Source: Adineta vaga (Eukaryota; Animalia; Rotifera). Taken from it: 64,000 nt of DNA. How positions within the stretch are numbered: position 1 is the first letter of the stretch; every line of letters begins with the position of its first letter. The notes below the pieces were generated by a model. It did not search any database and was not told the origin of the DNA. It saw only the letters and a list, made by a program, of their open reading frames with translations. Of this stretch, positions 27,293 through 41,344 are shown piece by piece. A program made the position numbers and the translations under genes. The stretch spans positions 11,346,001 to 11,410,000 of the forward strand of contig CP075492.1 in the NCBI GenBank assembly GCA_021613535.1, in the 5' to 3' direction.

Positions 27293-28930
27293 ATGAATCC
27301 GTATCCTAAAATATTGAGATCAGTATCGACTCGTTCGTCTAACAGGTATCATTTACTAACCTTCTAACTATTCAAATGCTTTTAATAAAACTAATCTTAT
27401 ACTAGTGACAGAGAATTAAATGTTGCTTCAAATCAATCAACTTTTTCTTCATTGCGTCGTCTAACAATACCGATCTATCCAAATCAACAAATACTTAAAA
27501 AAACATTTTCATTAATACTAAATAATGCTGCATCCGAAATGTGGTAAATGAGTCCTCTCAATATATATGAGTTTCTTATTTCGTGTCTTGATTACATTGT
27601 CTAGTAATACTCCGGACGAACATGAAATGCATGAATTTATACCATATACAAATAGTGATGAAAATCTGAATACAATTCGAACATCCGAGTTGAATACATC
27701 GGAGCGTACAATTATTAATCAACAAGTATATAAAAAGAACATTTTCCCACAATGAAATATTCATTTTCTTCTTTTTATTAGCCATATTCCACACATACCA
27801 ATCATCCGACAAGTACATTACCTCATCGACATTGTCTTTCGATGCGTCATACATTTGCACATTTAAGAAATAAAATCAAACCATGTCGATCTGTACATAT
27901 CGATGATGATGAAAAAAATCGTGGTTATATTTTCGTTGATAATATCGATTCAGAACTTATTCTTCGAACTGATGATAGTTTGGATCAATTAGCAACACGA
28001 CATGCTCAACCCTGTGTACAAATTAATGATCTTAATTTTGATTCGAATCAAATTCAATATGAATCAGCTATGACAGTCTCTTCTAATATCTTCTCAGCAG
28101 CACCATCACAACCATTCCTAGGATTATCAAGAATACTCGATGGTATTTATAAGACAAATTTAAATATCAACAATACTTTTTTTTTCTTCTCTCTTTTTTT
28201 CAGAAAAAAATTATGGACTAGACTTACAATCAACACGATCTGGCATTGAATGTGCCATACCTCGAACTGATTTATTAAATCTGAATGATTTTCAATTATC
28301 GGAAGCTATAACAACATCGCCATCGACAAATTCGTCTCATCATCAATACTCAGATGTTGATCGTTCATTACTCAATGATATGGAATATGGTAAATCATAA
28401 TTATTCAAAACCATAGAAGATCTCTTTGAACGAATGATTTTTATCTTTAGTCGAAGCACAAAAATTAGATCTGGAACGTCTTACAATACTTGAAATTCGA
28501 TTATCTGAAGAACGACAATATCTTCAATCAGATTTAGAAGTAAATAAGACAATAAATAGAATATCTTTCGAATAATTTCAAATATTTTTAGGCAGAAGTC
28601 GAATTTAATGATTGTTATGCACAAGCACTTCGAACTAATTTAATTCTGAAAGATGAATTACAACAATTAAAAGGTACGATTTCATACGAGAAATTATTTC
28701 CTTAAATTTCATATCGTTATGTTTCTTTTCTAGAAGAATATGATCATATCCATTCATCATGGTCATGTAAATCTTGCTCATGTGATAATGAACCTTATAG
28801 CATTACACATATGGATATTTGTTCAACATGTGAAAGTCCCAGTCCATTAAAAGAAGGTAAAAATCAATCTATTCTAGTGTTAATTATATAATCTCGTCTT
28901 TCTATTATTTTAGCAAGATTAATGAAATGA
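27293..28930 (+). CDS. Uncharacterised multi-exon protein with short coiled coil and C-terminal RanBP2/NZF-like zinc finger
   Basis: Spliced ORF starts MNPYPKILRSVSTRSS; a C-terminal exon encodes WSCKSCSCDNEPYSITHMDICSTCESPSP. Confidence 0.7.
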
Positions 28931-29134
28931 TAATACAGTGTATATTCTTATTTTCTACATGTTTATTTGAACCTATGCACTGCAAACAGTGAACAATTTC
29001 CATTCTTTGTTTTGATATTCTAATAATAGTTTTTTCTAAAAAAATACATATGTATTATGCATATCAAAATAAATCAACGATTTTCCTTATTAAATTGTTT
29101 ATTTTCAATGAAAATTTATCCATTCTAGATTATT

Positions 29135-31550
29135 ATGTCATCGGTGGCTGATGATACAACGAAAAATAACAGTGATAATTTACCAACACAAGAATCGTTT
29201 GATACCACTCAGCTAGGTAATCATACTAAATGAATACATAACTGAAACAAAAGGATTCTTTTTATTCTTCATCTATCATATAGACAATCGAACGTCTTGG
29301 AGTGATGCTGCAGGAAATCGTACAAGTTTTGAAGATGCACCACAACTTGAATATGATGAACATGATATTAATTTAATTGCTGACCGAGGTAAAGAATTAA
29401 TATCTATGAGAATAGATCTATTTCATCTCTATGTAAAGAAGTTGATGATTATGGAATCGAGTACGGTAAGTATCAAACGTTAAATTAATTGGGTATCTTT
29501 CGAATGCTTTGTTTTCTCATAATATTGACGGATGATAGATAACGCTTTATTATACTAATCGATTGATTTGTTTTATCTGATGAAATAAAACCATAGAGGT
29601 CATATTTAGATGCTCCTACTGTCAGTGTCGGTGAATCATCGAAAACTCAAGGAGCATTGAAAGGACATATTACATCGGATGGCATCATTGATGATGATTT
29701 TGAAACGGAATTAGGATATCGAGCAGAAGTTCGTTGAACGCTTTTCTAATTTTGAATTCATCCGAAATTTGATCTGATTAGGTTGTTCATGATACGGAAG
29801 ATCCAGATTATAATTTGATGAGGAAAATCGCTGAATATGGTATTGTTGAATTATGTGGTGAAGATAGATTTGGTCGAAAGACGATTATCTGTTCTGCCTG
29901 TCGTTTACCACATGAAAATATCATACGCAATAGTGAATTTCAAACAGTTGACAAATTTTATGATTGTTTATTGAAGTAACAATTTGTGAATTGCAAAACC
30001 AAGTTATTCTTTTATACTTTTCTTTCATAGATATATTCTCAGAACATTTGATCAGTATGCTGATATGGATTATGTGATTATTTATTTTCATCATGGTTTA
30101 CATTCTCATAATCGACCATCGTATAGTTGGTTAATGAGAGCTTATATGAATATTGATCGAAAGTATGATTTGAATTCCATCACTAATTAACAATTAGAAC
30201 ATATCGATAAAATTTAGATATAAGAAGAATTTGAAAGCATTGTATGTTGTTCATCCAACTACATGGATCAAATTTCTTTGGCCATTCCTTCGTTCAATAA
30301 TCAGGTAGATAATCCTATGCATTAGTTTGGTTTTCCAGAAAGAAGATTCTTTTTCTTTTTCTGCTAGTGTAAAATTTTCAAGTAAATTGATTTATATCAA
30401 ACGAATTGGACAATTGACTGAATATGTTCATTTGGAGAATATTAAAATTCCAAATGAAGTGAAATCGTATGTATATTGATATTGTTTTTATCGTATGAAA
30501 ATGTTTGATTTAGTATTGATCCAATTATTCCAATACCAATGTCAACGGAACAACCAAAACCTACGATGAAATTTAATGTTTCACTTCAATTGTAATTTAA
30601 GAGAGGAAGAGAGAGAGAGAGAGGAAATAATTTCATTAGGATTATCTGTCTTTTCTTGTAATTCTTGATCACGAACAAGGAGAAATGATACCACTTGTTG
30701 TTCGACAAACAGTTGATTTTGTGAAAAATTATGGTAGAAAAACATAAATTTGAAAAACTCACAAACAAAGTTTCTTCTCTCTAGGACTCAATGAACCAGG
30801 AATATTTCGTCGAACGGCTCCTGTAACATTAATTAAACAAATTCAAGAACGATACAACGATGGTAAAATTTATGAATTACTTACTTTATTTAAAAAAAAA
30901 GCTTTTATTGCCAGGACAATCAATTGCCTTTCAACAGTATGGCGATGTTCATTTGGCAGCATGTGTTTTGAAAACGTTCCTACGTAATTTACCGGAACCA
31001 TTGATGACCTATCATCTATATCCTGAACTTCTTGGTCTCTCAGGTAGTGAGTATTTTAATTAACATCACTTCACTATTGTGCGATCACTCTTCTTTGGCC
31101 AATCCTTCTCTTGCTTATAATGCGGTATACATGTGATTTAAGTTTATACTAATTCTTTTTTTAAAAAAAACAATATAATCCTGATATAAAGATGAATATT
31201 TTCTTATTCATTTAGCATTGAATACACATCATCAAATTGATGTTATACGAGATTTGATTATTCAAAAACTACCACCAGAAAATTATAATATTTTGAAATA
31301 TTTAATTGAATTTCTCAATTTAGTAAGCATTTTAGTGAGAGCTATAGATCAAGCACTTTGATGATCTTTTGTTTAGGTTTCTATTTATTCGGATACAAAT
31401 TTAATGACGACAACAAATTTATCGATTGTTTTTGGGCCGAATCTCGCTTGGTCTGATGATATTCAAATGAATACATTAGCAAATATCTCATTGATCAATA
31501 CATTTACTGAAACATTAATTGCTCATTATACGGAACTTTTTCTCAAATGA
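29135..31550 (+). CDS. ARHGAP1: Rho GTPase-activating protein with BCH/CRAL-TRIO and RhoGAP domains (ARHGAP1/8, Cdc42GAP-like)
   Basis: [55 protein letters not shown] (arginine finger), [28 protein letters not shown]. Confidence 0.93.
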
Positions 31551-31746
31551 TCGTGATCATCTCTCGTTTTTCTCTATCTCTTCGTGATAAACAATCTGTT
31601 TTCTTCTCTAATTCGCTATATATTTTGTATCTTGTCTTTCAATTAATGAATAAGTCCACTAATAAATAAACATTCCGATTCCGTATTGGTACTAAGTTAT
31701 TCAATAGTTTTATTTAGATCGAAATCTTCTTGTTCGAATATGAGCG

Positions 31747-33558
31747 ATGAATGCAGATGAGATTCGTTTTTTATCATATTATTTAATTCCAACTGATTGG
31801 AATATTCATCTCATTGATGGAAAAACGAATAAAAACCAACTTGAAGTATAACAATAAAGAAAAATCATTCATTCTCAATAAAAGTTTCTATTTATTTAGC
31901 AAATTCAACGAATCATTGAAAATGCTCAATTATTCGCTTTTGATACAGGTTAATAGACAATTTCCTTCAAAGGATTCTATTCTATCGATTATTATTATTT
32001 TAGAAACCATGCCATGTTTCTATCATCCGAATTTTCAACAAAATCAAAAATCGCGAAATGCTAATTGGCATTCAACACCTTATCAAACTCAATATAATTC
32101 GTATAGTAAGTAGACGAAGTTCTTCATTGGATTCCTTCGATTTATCTATATTTTCTAGTAAGTAAACCATCCCTTCTTCAAGTCGCTGTTTGTAATGAAA
32201 ATCGAAAAATTAAAAACGTTCTCCTATTTGACCTTCAAGAATTATTCGATCGATCGAATACACATTTTCGAGAATGTTCAACTATTTCTTTCATTCATCA
32301 ATTAATTCATTTGATATTTAATCATCCTTATGCACGAAAACTTTCTCAATCGATCTTTAATGATTTAGCACATTTAAAATGTTCATATGATGAAAGTTGT
32401 TTTCATCAATCGAAACTTCATCATGTTATGGAATTATCAGATATTTATCGAAAAGTTTTTCCTGATGAGAAAAGTCAACAGATTTATAGTTTACAACGTA
32501 TGACTGCGATGACATTGCATTGCCAATTGGATAAAAAACAACAATGTGCAAATTGGTCAAAACGACCATTAACACAAGCATTAAAAGATTATGCAGCAAT
32601 TGATGTTATTGTCATGATTGATATATATGATCGATTAAAGACTAGAATTTTGAATGAAAATAATCATTTGTCAATATGGTTCGTTCGTTGATTAGTTTTG
32701 AAAAAAGATTTGAATATTGAATTCATTTTCTTAGGGAAGATTTTCAAGAATCTATTGAAACTTTAATTGATCTATGTGTAATCAATCTTTATCCATGCAT
32801 CTGTGGAGAACGATTTATTACAACAAAAACTCGAAAAAAACATGGACGAACATGTCTTCTTGAACAACAACGTCTCGAACAAGAAGCAAATAAAATAATA
32901 GCTGAGAAAAAACATACGAATTTAAAAAAAACAAAGGATCCTTCAATGGCAGATGTAGTCTCATTACCTGAACGTGATTTCGATGCAACTCCTTCACGTG
33001 GTCGTGGATACATTCCTCCAGCATTAAAACGTGCTTATCAATCAATGAATCAAATATCATTCTATGAACAAGTTCGATCTTCATCGTCATTAGACGAATT
33101 TAATCGTATTAGTGAAAATCGTCCACCAGATGCACAATTTTTTCTTGAAGATGATGATACTGAAGTTGCACAAGCTTTTGGCCTTAAAACTACGAAGAAT
33201 TCTTCCATATCTAAACTTTTCAACAGAATAAATCGAAAAGAATCAACTGCATCATCAGCACCCATATCGAAATCAAACCTTAAAATAGCTGCTTATCCGC
33301 CAAAAACGACTTCTAGTATGCAAAAATAAATAAGGTCGAACATTAAAACTAGTTTGTTCTTTTCTTTGTTTAGTATCATCAAATATCGGACGAATATATC
33401 TTGACGAAAATGATCTACTCAATCGTTTACAAGATGATATTGATAGTCAACCTGAATTTCATTGTCATTTATTTGGTTTAGGTGGTCGTGGTCGATCATC
33501 ATCAATACATTTATCTCCACCCGATCCATTTCTCTATCGCCAGAAACATTATACTTAA
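31747..33558 (+). CDS. DEDDy 3'-5' exonuclease (EXD/mut-7/Nibbler-like) with C-terminal extension
   Basis: ExoI FAFDTE (spans an intron), KPSLLQVA, ExoII SIFNDL, ExoIII LDKKQQCANWSKRPLTQALKDYAAIDV. Confidence 0.85.
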
Positions 33559-34108
33559 TTATCCCTACAAAAACAAAGAATAGAATTAGAAAAATTCACT
33601 TTGATGATCCTGTTTTGTGATATGTGAACTAAATTTCATTATTTTATATGTTGTTTCTTCTTTCTTGTTGTTTTTGTTGTTGTTCTTGTTCTTGTTGTCT
33701 GTTGTGAGATGAAAAGTTTTTTTTACGCAACATGTATAGTTTCATTTTTGGATCTTTCTGTCAACGATCTTTATCACATTATATAAAATATATCAAATTG
33801 AAATTGCATTGATCGAAGTCAAGTCAATCACATGATGCAAATGAACAAAATGACATTTAAATCATTTTCTCTCTTTCTTATTCTATTTTTGACATTGACA
33901 AAACTTCATCATACATTAGTAGAGAAAAAAAAAGAAGTGTTGTGAAAGGACGACAAGTATGTTATTGTTTAACTTTTAAATGCATTCTTTCAACGACTGA
34001 AAAAAAAGACGTCCACATTTTATCGATAGAACAACATAGTTACAAAGAAAAACCATTCGATTTTTTCCTTCGTCACTTCCAATTTCATCTTCGACGTATA
34101 TCAAAAGT

Positions 34109-34750
34109 ATGTATCCAAGAGGTCAAAATGCTGATTTTCGAAATTATCCATACATACCACCATCTGATCCAATGACTTCATTAAATCCAATGACTTCAAT
34201 CAATTCTATGTCACATTCAAAGACAAATTTTCAATATCAAGCAGTACCACAACCATTATTGCCACAGCCAGAGCAACGTACAACACCGAGTTATTTTACG
34301 AATACGTCACTAATTCCAACATATACTTCGGAATGTTTTCAACGTTTCTATCAACCAACAACAACATTGAGAGATTTAGCTGATCCTGGCTGGACATATG
34401 ATGATTTAGCACCACCTGTCAACTATCAAAATAATATCAATGCTGTATTAGAAGGATATTCACCAACTAATCCAGTTCGACGTTCAACAGTTAGTGAAAC
34501 ACGTTTAGCAACAGCAGTTTCAATGCGTGAACAGTTATTAACAGATATTCTTCGAGATATGGGTGATATCAATGAAGAAATTAGTTCCATGGAAGGACAA
34601 CTATCGAAATCTCATCAAAGACCATATGGATTTACATCTATGGCAGATAGAGAACCAATTAATCCCGATGCAGATTTAGAATCAACTCAATACTTATCCG
34701 AACCAGTTGTATTTCCTAAAACTATGGGAAATGGTTCAGCTTGGAATTAG
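34109..34750 (+). CDS. Orphan 213-aa protein, short paralogue of the N-terminus of the next gene
   Basis: Single coding exon; shares NYPY.PP and GY.P.NP..RS.VS..RLATA..MRE.LLTDI with ORF 35782. Confidence 0.8.
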   Translation: MYPRGQNADFRNYPYIPPSDPMTSLNPMTSINSMSHSKTNFQYQAVPQPLLPQPEQRTTPSYFTNTSLIPTYTSECFQRFYQPTTTLRDLADPGWTYDDLAPPVNYQNNINAVLEGYSPTNPVRRSTVSETRLATAVSMREQLLTDILRDMGDINEEISSMEGQLSKSHQRPYGFTSMADREPINPDADLESTQYLSEPVVFPKTMGNGSAWN

Positions 34751-35781
34751 AAAGATGAATCTTAATGAGAAAGTTCTCTATAATCACCTTCGGTCTTTTA
34801 TATATATATATGTCTGGTATTAGTACAAACTTACTGAATACTTTCATTTTCTGAATCTAGAAAAATAATAAAAAAATCAGCAGACAAGTTTTTTATGTTC
34901 TACTGTTTATTGAAGGACAGATCTTCATTGAATTTGCTATGATTTCATTTCAATAAATAGCTGTGAACCATGAACTACCTACTCTCAAATGTCTTGTTAA
35001 GTTCATAAACATAAACAATCTTCAAACTTGTCTCACTAAATCATCCATCTCTTCTTTCGAAGGACATACCATACTTATGTGAATCAATTATATTCATCAA
35101 AAACAAACACCATACATCGATTTGCATTTTGTATGATCAGCTTCAAAACATGTATAGACAATATTACTTGAACAACTGTCCAATGATGATGCAGCAAAAA
35201 TATTGTTAAATTCAATCTGTTTGTCACATGTTTGTAGATGTATTTAAAATCTGTTTCTGAAGGATACGAAAAGTAGTTATTGACAAACATCAAGTTTTTG
35301 ATACTTGAAAAATATGTCGCAAAATGTTTTGATTTCTCGATCAATCGAAATTTCATATGAAAGATTTACTTCATTCAGTAAGTTTAGGAATATTTTCTAT
35401 TCCTAACTATTCATACGTATTAATGATAAGATTAGTTTTTTTTCTTCTATAGATAATTATACTGAAAGTACATACGACGCATTTAGAAACCTCATGATGT
35501 CTTAAAATAATGTAATGTTCAAATCCTTTTTGTCTGTTACATCGTTGAAATCCTACACATGCATTAGCTAAAAAACAATCGAAAGAAAAGTGCCGTAAAA
35601 GGACGATAAGTATGTCATTGTTTAGTTATTAAATGTATTTCAGTCAACGAAAAAAGAAGAAAAAAAAAAGAAAATGAAGACATACATTTAACATATACAA
35701 ACAGACTTAAAAAACAGAATCAATCATTTTTTCTCTTTCTTTTCATTTTTAACAGAGGATTGAAATAATAGAAAGAAAACG

Positions 35782-38700
35782 ATGTATCGAAGGAGTATAA
35801 GTACTGATCATAAAAACTATCCCTATGTTCCACCAATTTATTCAACACCTTCACAATCATCTCAAATTCGAAATTATGACCCAATTCAACATACTGAACA
35901 TGCACTCTATCCACATTCGAAATTGAATTCAGCAAATGTTCAAAACCAATCTCAATCCTTCCTGCCTTTTATTGATGCATCCGATCCATTAACAGTATTT
36001 GATGATCAGAAACCTCGGACACGTATGCGATCAAATACTAGTTCTCTATCATCGGGATATGTTCCACCGAATCCTTTACAACGTTCATCTGTAAGTGATT
36101 CACGTCTTGCTACAGCAAATGCTATGCGTGAACGATTATTAACCGATATTCAAGATAATATTATGGAAATTGAACGAGAACTTTCGACGTTCGATGTACG
36201 GCCGACAATTGCAAATTATGTTCCACCTCGTTATTCATCAACGAGTAGAAATAGTGGACAAGCAAAATCTATTCATCAACATACATGTAAAAATTGTCAT
36301 GCATCTATTCATGAACGATCTGATTCATCCACAGAAGAAGAACTAGAACGACGACGTAAGCCAAAGAAGAAGATCTATGAAATTATTCCAGCTACAGCCA
36401 GTACATCGGAGAAATCATTAAAACGTTCGACAACAAAAGTAATTGATCAACAATCGTATGTTGGTCAATATCATTATGGAGCTGAAATTGGTGAAAGTGA
36501 AATAACTGGAGATGTACCAGAAAATATCGAATTTGAATCTATTATTGAAGACATTCCTGAATTTAAATATGAAACGTTATCTACGGAACAATTTCTCAAG
36601 ACACAACCATCTTTACCATTAGAACGAGCATTGATCTTTGCTTTGATGTATGGTGATACAGAAAATGTGGGAGATAATGAAACTGCAGATGATTTTCGTA
36701 GAAAAAAATCGAAGATAACTAAAGCAGAAGAATTACTTGTGGCACCTCTATCTGATATTGAATCTTCTGATAAAGTTAATATTCAAAATTTTGAATTATT
36801 GATTAGAACAGCACCTGAACCTGAACCTCAAACTTTACCTGAAAACATCGGTGATCCTCCAGATCCAGAAGATATCAATGATGATGAAATGATCAGATCG
36901 ATGCTTTCTAAACCTCTAAAACACAATCGTCTTTCAACAAGAACTATGGAAACATTATCCGGTACTCGATCAGGAAATAAAGGTTCTGATAATAATGGTC
37001 CAAATGGTAACGGTTATTTCTTTAGTGATTTTGGCAATGAAGGTGATGGTGAAGGTGAAGAAGATCTTATTTCACTTGATCTCAGTAATTTTGCTGTTCC
37101 AACATCTTCTGAAATGATACCTGATGAGAATGCTTTATTACGACGATCTCAAATATCCCTACCGAATCCACATGCGAAACAAGCATCAACTACTCAAAAT
37201 GAACCAACGAAAGATTCCGAAAGTAAGAAGAACAGTGCAGAAACAAAAGATAATCGGAATGCATCGGGAACACAACAGATATCATCGAATTCAACTAATG
37301 ATATGACAAAAGTACAATCAGCAAAACCGAACGAAAGCACAATGAATAATCGACGTACATCCCGAAAAATGTCAACTATAAATGCAACTGAACCCGTGAT
37401 GAAATCGACAAAATCATCTTTCCATTTTGACTCATCTCTAATTGCATTAGAACATAAAGAGCTAACTAAACCACCAGCAAATCCACAAGAAAAAAGACCA
37501 GTTTCAGGTAGTAAACAATCTCGTTTAGTTCGACAACGATCTTCATCTCTACGACAAGACTCGAAAATTCCAGTACCAAGTAGCGTTACTCGTCGGCAAT
37601 CTATTATTTCGCCCGATGCTAATACAAGATCAATTAAACCCCCGACTCAACAAAAACTACCCACCGGTGCACGTCGTACTTCAGTACTTCCCGTTCCACT
37701 AAATCAATCTGCAATTCCTAACGAACGAATTTCAACATCAAGAACTCCATCGCCAGAACGAAGAAATTCAATTCCTGTACTCGATCAAAATGTTCTCTTT
37801 TCATTACTTGATATGGTCGATTTAGACGATCCTTCTATAGTTATCGAAGCGGATTATCAACAGAATGATGAATCAATGCCATCCGTTGTACCAGAAAGTG
37901 AACACGATCAACTAACAGATCAAATTCTCTCCATGAATAAAGAGGAAAATGAATGTTGGAAAGCTATTTCTTCATACATTATTCCATCAAATAATCCTAT
38001 ACATGAAAATTTATATCTACCTGATCTATTTGATACAAATGCTCTATCAAACGAAGAAAACTATACATTTCAAGGATCAACAACTTCCGATTCTACTATT
38101 ACTACTAATACTATTACTGCTGCTGCTGCTAATCAACTACAAACACATGTATGTTAATTTTCTCTCTTTTTTTTGAATAAGATTAGTCTTGATGAGAATT
38201 TCAAATATTAAAGACAGATGATTCGATATCAACAGATAATCCTCAAACAATCGATCGACAATTTTATATTGTATTTTGCAATAAGGTTACTCATCTTCCA
38301 GTGAATCAAATGAACAATTGGAATGAACATTTGAATACTTTCGTTAGAGAAAAAGTTTGTGAAAACTTTCATTTATCAATTTCATGTCTGAAACTCTTCA
38401 TTTCTAGCATATACTTCCTGATAAATATTCATTTTTGACACCAACTATCAATTTATCTGATACTTCCGATTATTATCTTGATAAAATAGAGAAAAGTACA
38501 TACACACAAATCTTATCTGAACAAGAATTACAACAAGCTTCATCTGTAAGGATCAATGAATTCAATGAACTTATTGTTGAAATAGATTTTTCAGATATTA
38601 CTTGGACAACCTAAAAGTTCATATGAACTAAAAAGTAGATCCGACACATTTGATAATTCTGATTCAAAAGTATATATTGATACGTAATTCTTTCCTTCCA

Positions 38701-39357
38701 ACTACAACTGCATACATTTAGATCTATTATACAAAATCCAAATGGCATAGTCTATCAAATCTCTCGAAACATACTATTTCAGATCATCAAACGAATACAT
38801 TACAATATTTATCGGATGCAACTCAACGTCATCAAGCATGTGAAAGTGAAGCTGAGGTAAATCTGCGTTCATAAATAGAATATTTCAGCAGAAAAGAACT
38901 TCAAAAGATCAGATAGTAGAATCTTTCAATCTATTTTTTCTTTCAAGATTTCTCAGCAAACAACTCGTCGATATACAGAACCCGATGTACGAAGTACTTT
39001 CTTTCTCAATGAAAATCTTCAAACAAAACTAATATCTTCATCAGAACTTGATCTTCATCAAACAACAGAACAGAAGACACATTCCTCTGTATGAGAAATA
39101 TGACTTTCCATGTCCGAAATAAATTCATTCGATTTTAGGACTATGATGGTTTCGAATCGAATACATTGACTGATATTACACTTAGCGATTATTCGACATT
39201 CTTTCTAACGCAAAATCCAAAAGTGAACGAAGAAAATTTCAATGACAAATCTTCCGTAGTGGTAAGATGATGGTTGCTATGTAGGAATAAATTGTTCTCT
39301 TCTTTTTTTCTATTTTATTTTACACCTGTTACTTTTCGCTTTAATCAGCAACAATAA
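35782..39357 (+). CDS. Large, mostly disordered orphan protein (about 790-aa first exon plus further small exons)
   Basis: 791-codon ORF ending at a GTATGT donor near 38149, followed by GT-AG-bounded exons to about 39261 and a probable terminal QQ* at 39349-39357. The 3' end is uncertain. Confidence 0.75.
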
Positions 39358-39949
39358 AAAGTGAAAAGAAGAAGAGAAATATATATATATATATAGATTT
39401 GAACATTCATAGAATAAGAGAAAGAAGAAAAAAAACTGACAAGTATAAGTGAGCTTTTAAATGCATAAAAGCGTGATGTGACTAAAGACATACTTTTCAT
39501 TGTTGTTAACGACTTAGATTTTTTCTTTTTTTTTCTTCAATTTTTAAACAAAACGATTGTCTCTTCTTTTTTTTTCCTTCAAATTTAATGTTTACGCGAC
39601 TATTATTTAAAGAACGAAAAAAGAGAAATCGACATCGTCATACTCTTCGATCATCTTCTTATAATATTTTATTGGAAGATCTTTTTCTTTTTCGGCTAAA
39701 ATTAAATTGAGAAGTACATATTTGTTTAACTACAAGTATGACGATTTACGTTCGTTAATAGTCCATACATTTCATTTTTCCTATGAAAGTTAATCGACGA
39801 TACGTTTTAAAATTCTTTTTTTCTCTTTAATTATAATTACTTTGGAGAGAGAGAGAAAAAAAACACTTTGTTTTACATTTATCATTCATATAAATAAAAA
39901 GAAAAACACCGATTCTTTTTCTCTACGGGTATATCTGAAGAGAAGAAAA

Positions 39950-41344
39950 ATGCATTCTGATCTTCGTCTTTCCAATGTTGCAGTGTCTCAGTTTCGTCGT
40001 GTGAACGTAGGTTACAATTTATCTATCTATGATCAATATCATACTTCTATTTTAGACACCACCTAATCGACCGAAATGGAATTCAGTCAGTAAAACACGA
40101 AGTGTTAATTTTATCTACAATCCAAGAGTTCCAAATTCCAATTCAGTAAATTCTTTCTTCCTATTTCGAAAACAATTGAATGATGAGGAAAACTGAATAT
40201 TTTCTAGATTCGAAGAGGATGGGATCATGAACTTCGACGAAAACGTGTGCATAAGGTTTGAACTATTCTGCACTTTTTTCTATGTTATGAAAATAGATGT
40301 TTTTGTATGTTGCAGTTGCCACCACTTGAACAATCAAGAGATAGGAATGAAAACAATCAACTAGCTATTGAAGCTCCACCATCTAATGGTCGATTAGCAA
40401 TTGAATATAGTTATGACAATTCTATGGTAATAAAGTCATTCAAGATGAAAAAAAATACATATGTGATTATTTTATTGACTATGTTTAGCATGAACGGTCG
40501 AATCGAACAACACCGTCACAACACTCAAGTCGACAACTTGTTCCAATCAATCGTTTTTCAGAACTTCAAGTGAACAATCAAGGCTTATATTTAGATCTTA
40601 AATATCAGTTTTATTTTTCTAGTTAGTCGCTGAGACACCACGGTCTCAACGGCCGGTTCATCAAGAATGGTATGATGATCTGAATAGATCTCATGTAAAA
40701 ACAAAAAACTCTATTCTATTTATTTTCTTCTTATAAAACAACATATAAATTTTTCACAATAGAGAACGGATGTTGAACGAACATCAAACAGTTCCGGTCG
40801 TCGAAAAAGTTTATCAAGAGAACTTGTACCGATAGTAAATGAATTTGAATAGAATTTATGTATTAATATATATATATTTCTTTTTTTAAACTATTTTAGC
40901 ATTCGTTGACTCATCATAGTCTACTCAATGCAACATTACTCGATCCATCTATTCGAACAAATCGAACGACGGAACTTCGACTATCTAGAGATATGGTACA
41001 ACATTAACATTTTAATTGATGATATATATTCTTAATATCAATTCTAGGATGAACATCATCATCATGCACACGATGTAGATCAATCTATGCCAATGGAAAT
41101 TCGAGGTTTTCATGTAAAAGGTAATCAATTAACTAGGCCTGATGATACTAAAATTCGTCCATTATTAAATGTAAATTATCGAATAAGTGAACGCGTGAAA
41201 ACTCGTCGAGTATATCCATTAGGAAATCCATTTCAACATAATTTTCCGGGTCGACGTAATTCTTTAATACCTATTGAAGAATTTCGACAAGCATCATTTT
41301 CAACGTCTATTATGGATATACCACAATCAGTTCATGAAGAGTAA
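39950..41344 (+). CDS. Uncharacterised basic, Arg-rich multi-exon protein
   Basis: Run of short exons separated by ~55-nt GT-AG introns from MHSDLRLSNV to ..SIMDIPQSVHEE*. Confidence 0.65.

Noticed and set aside
31043-31215. Intronic snoRNA in the longer ARHGAP intron
   Set aside because: Only a short ATCAC/GTGAT complement and an ACA are present, with no convincing C/D or H/ACA box set. An Infernal/Rfam scan would be needed.
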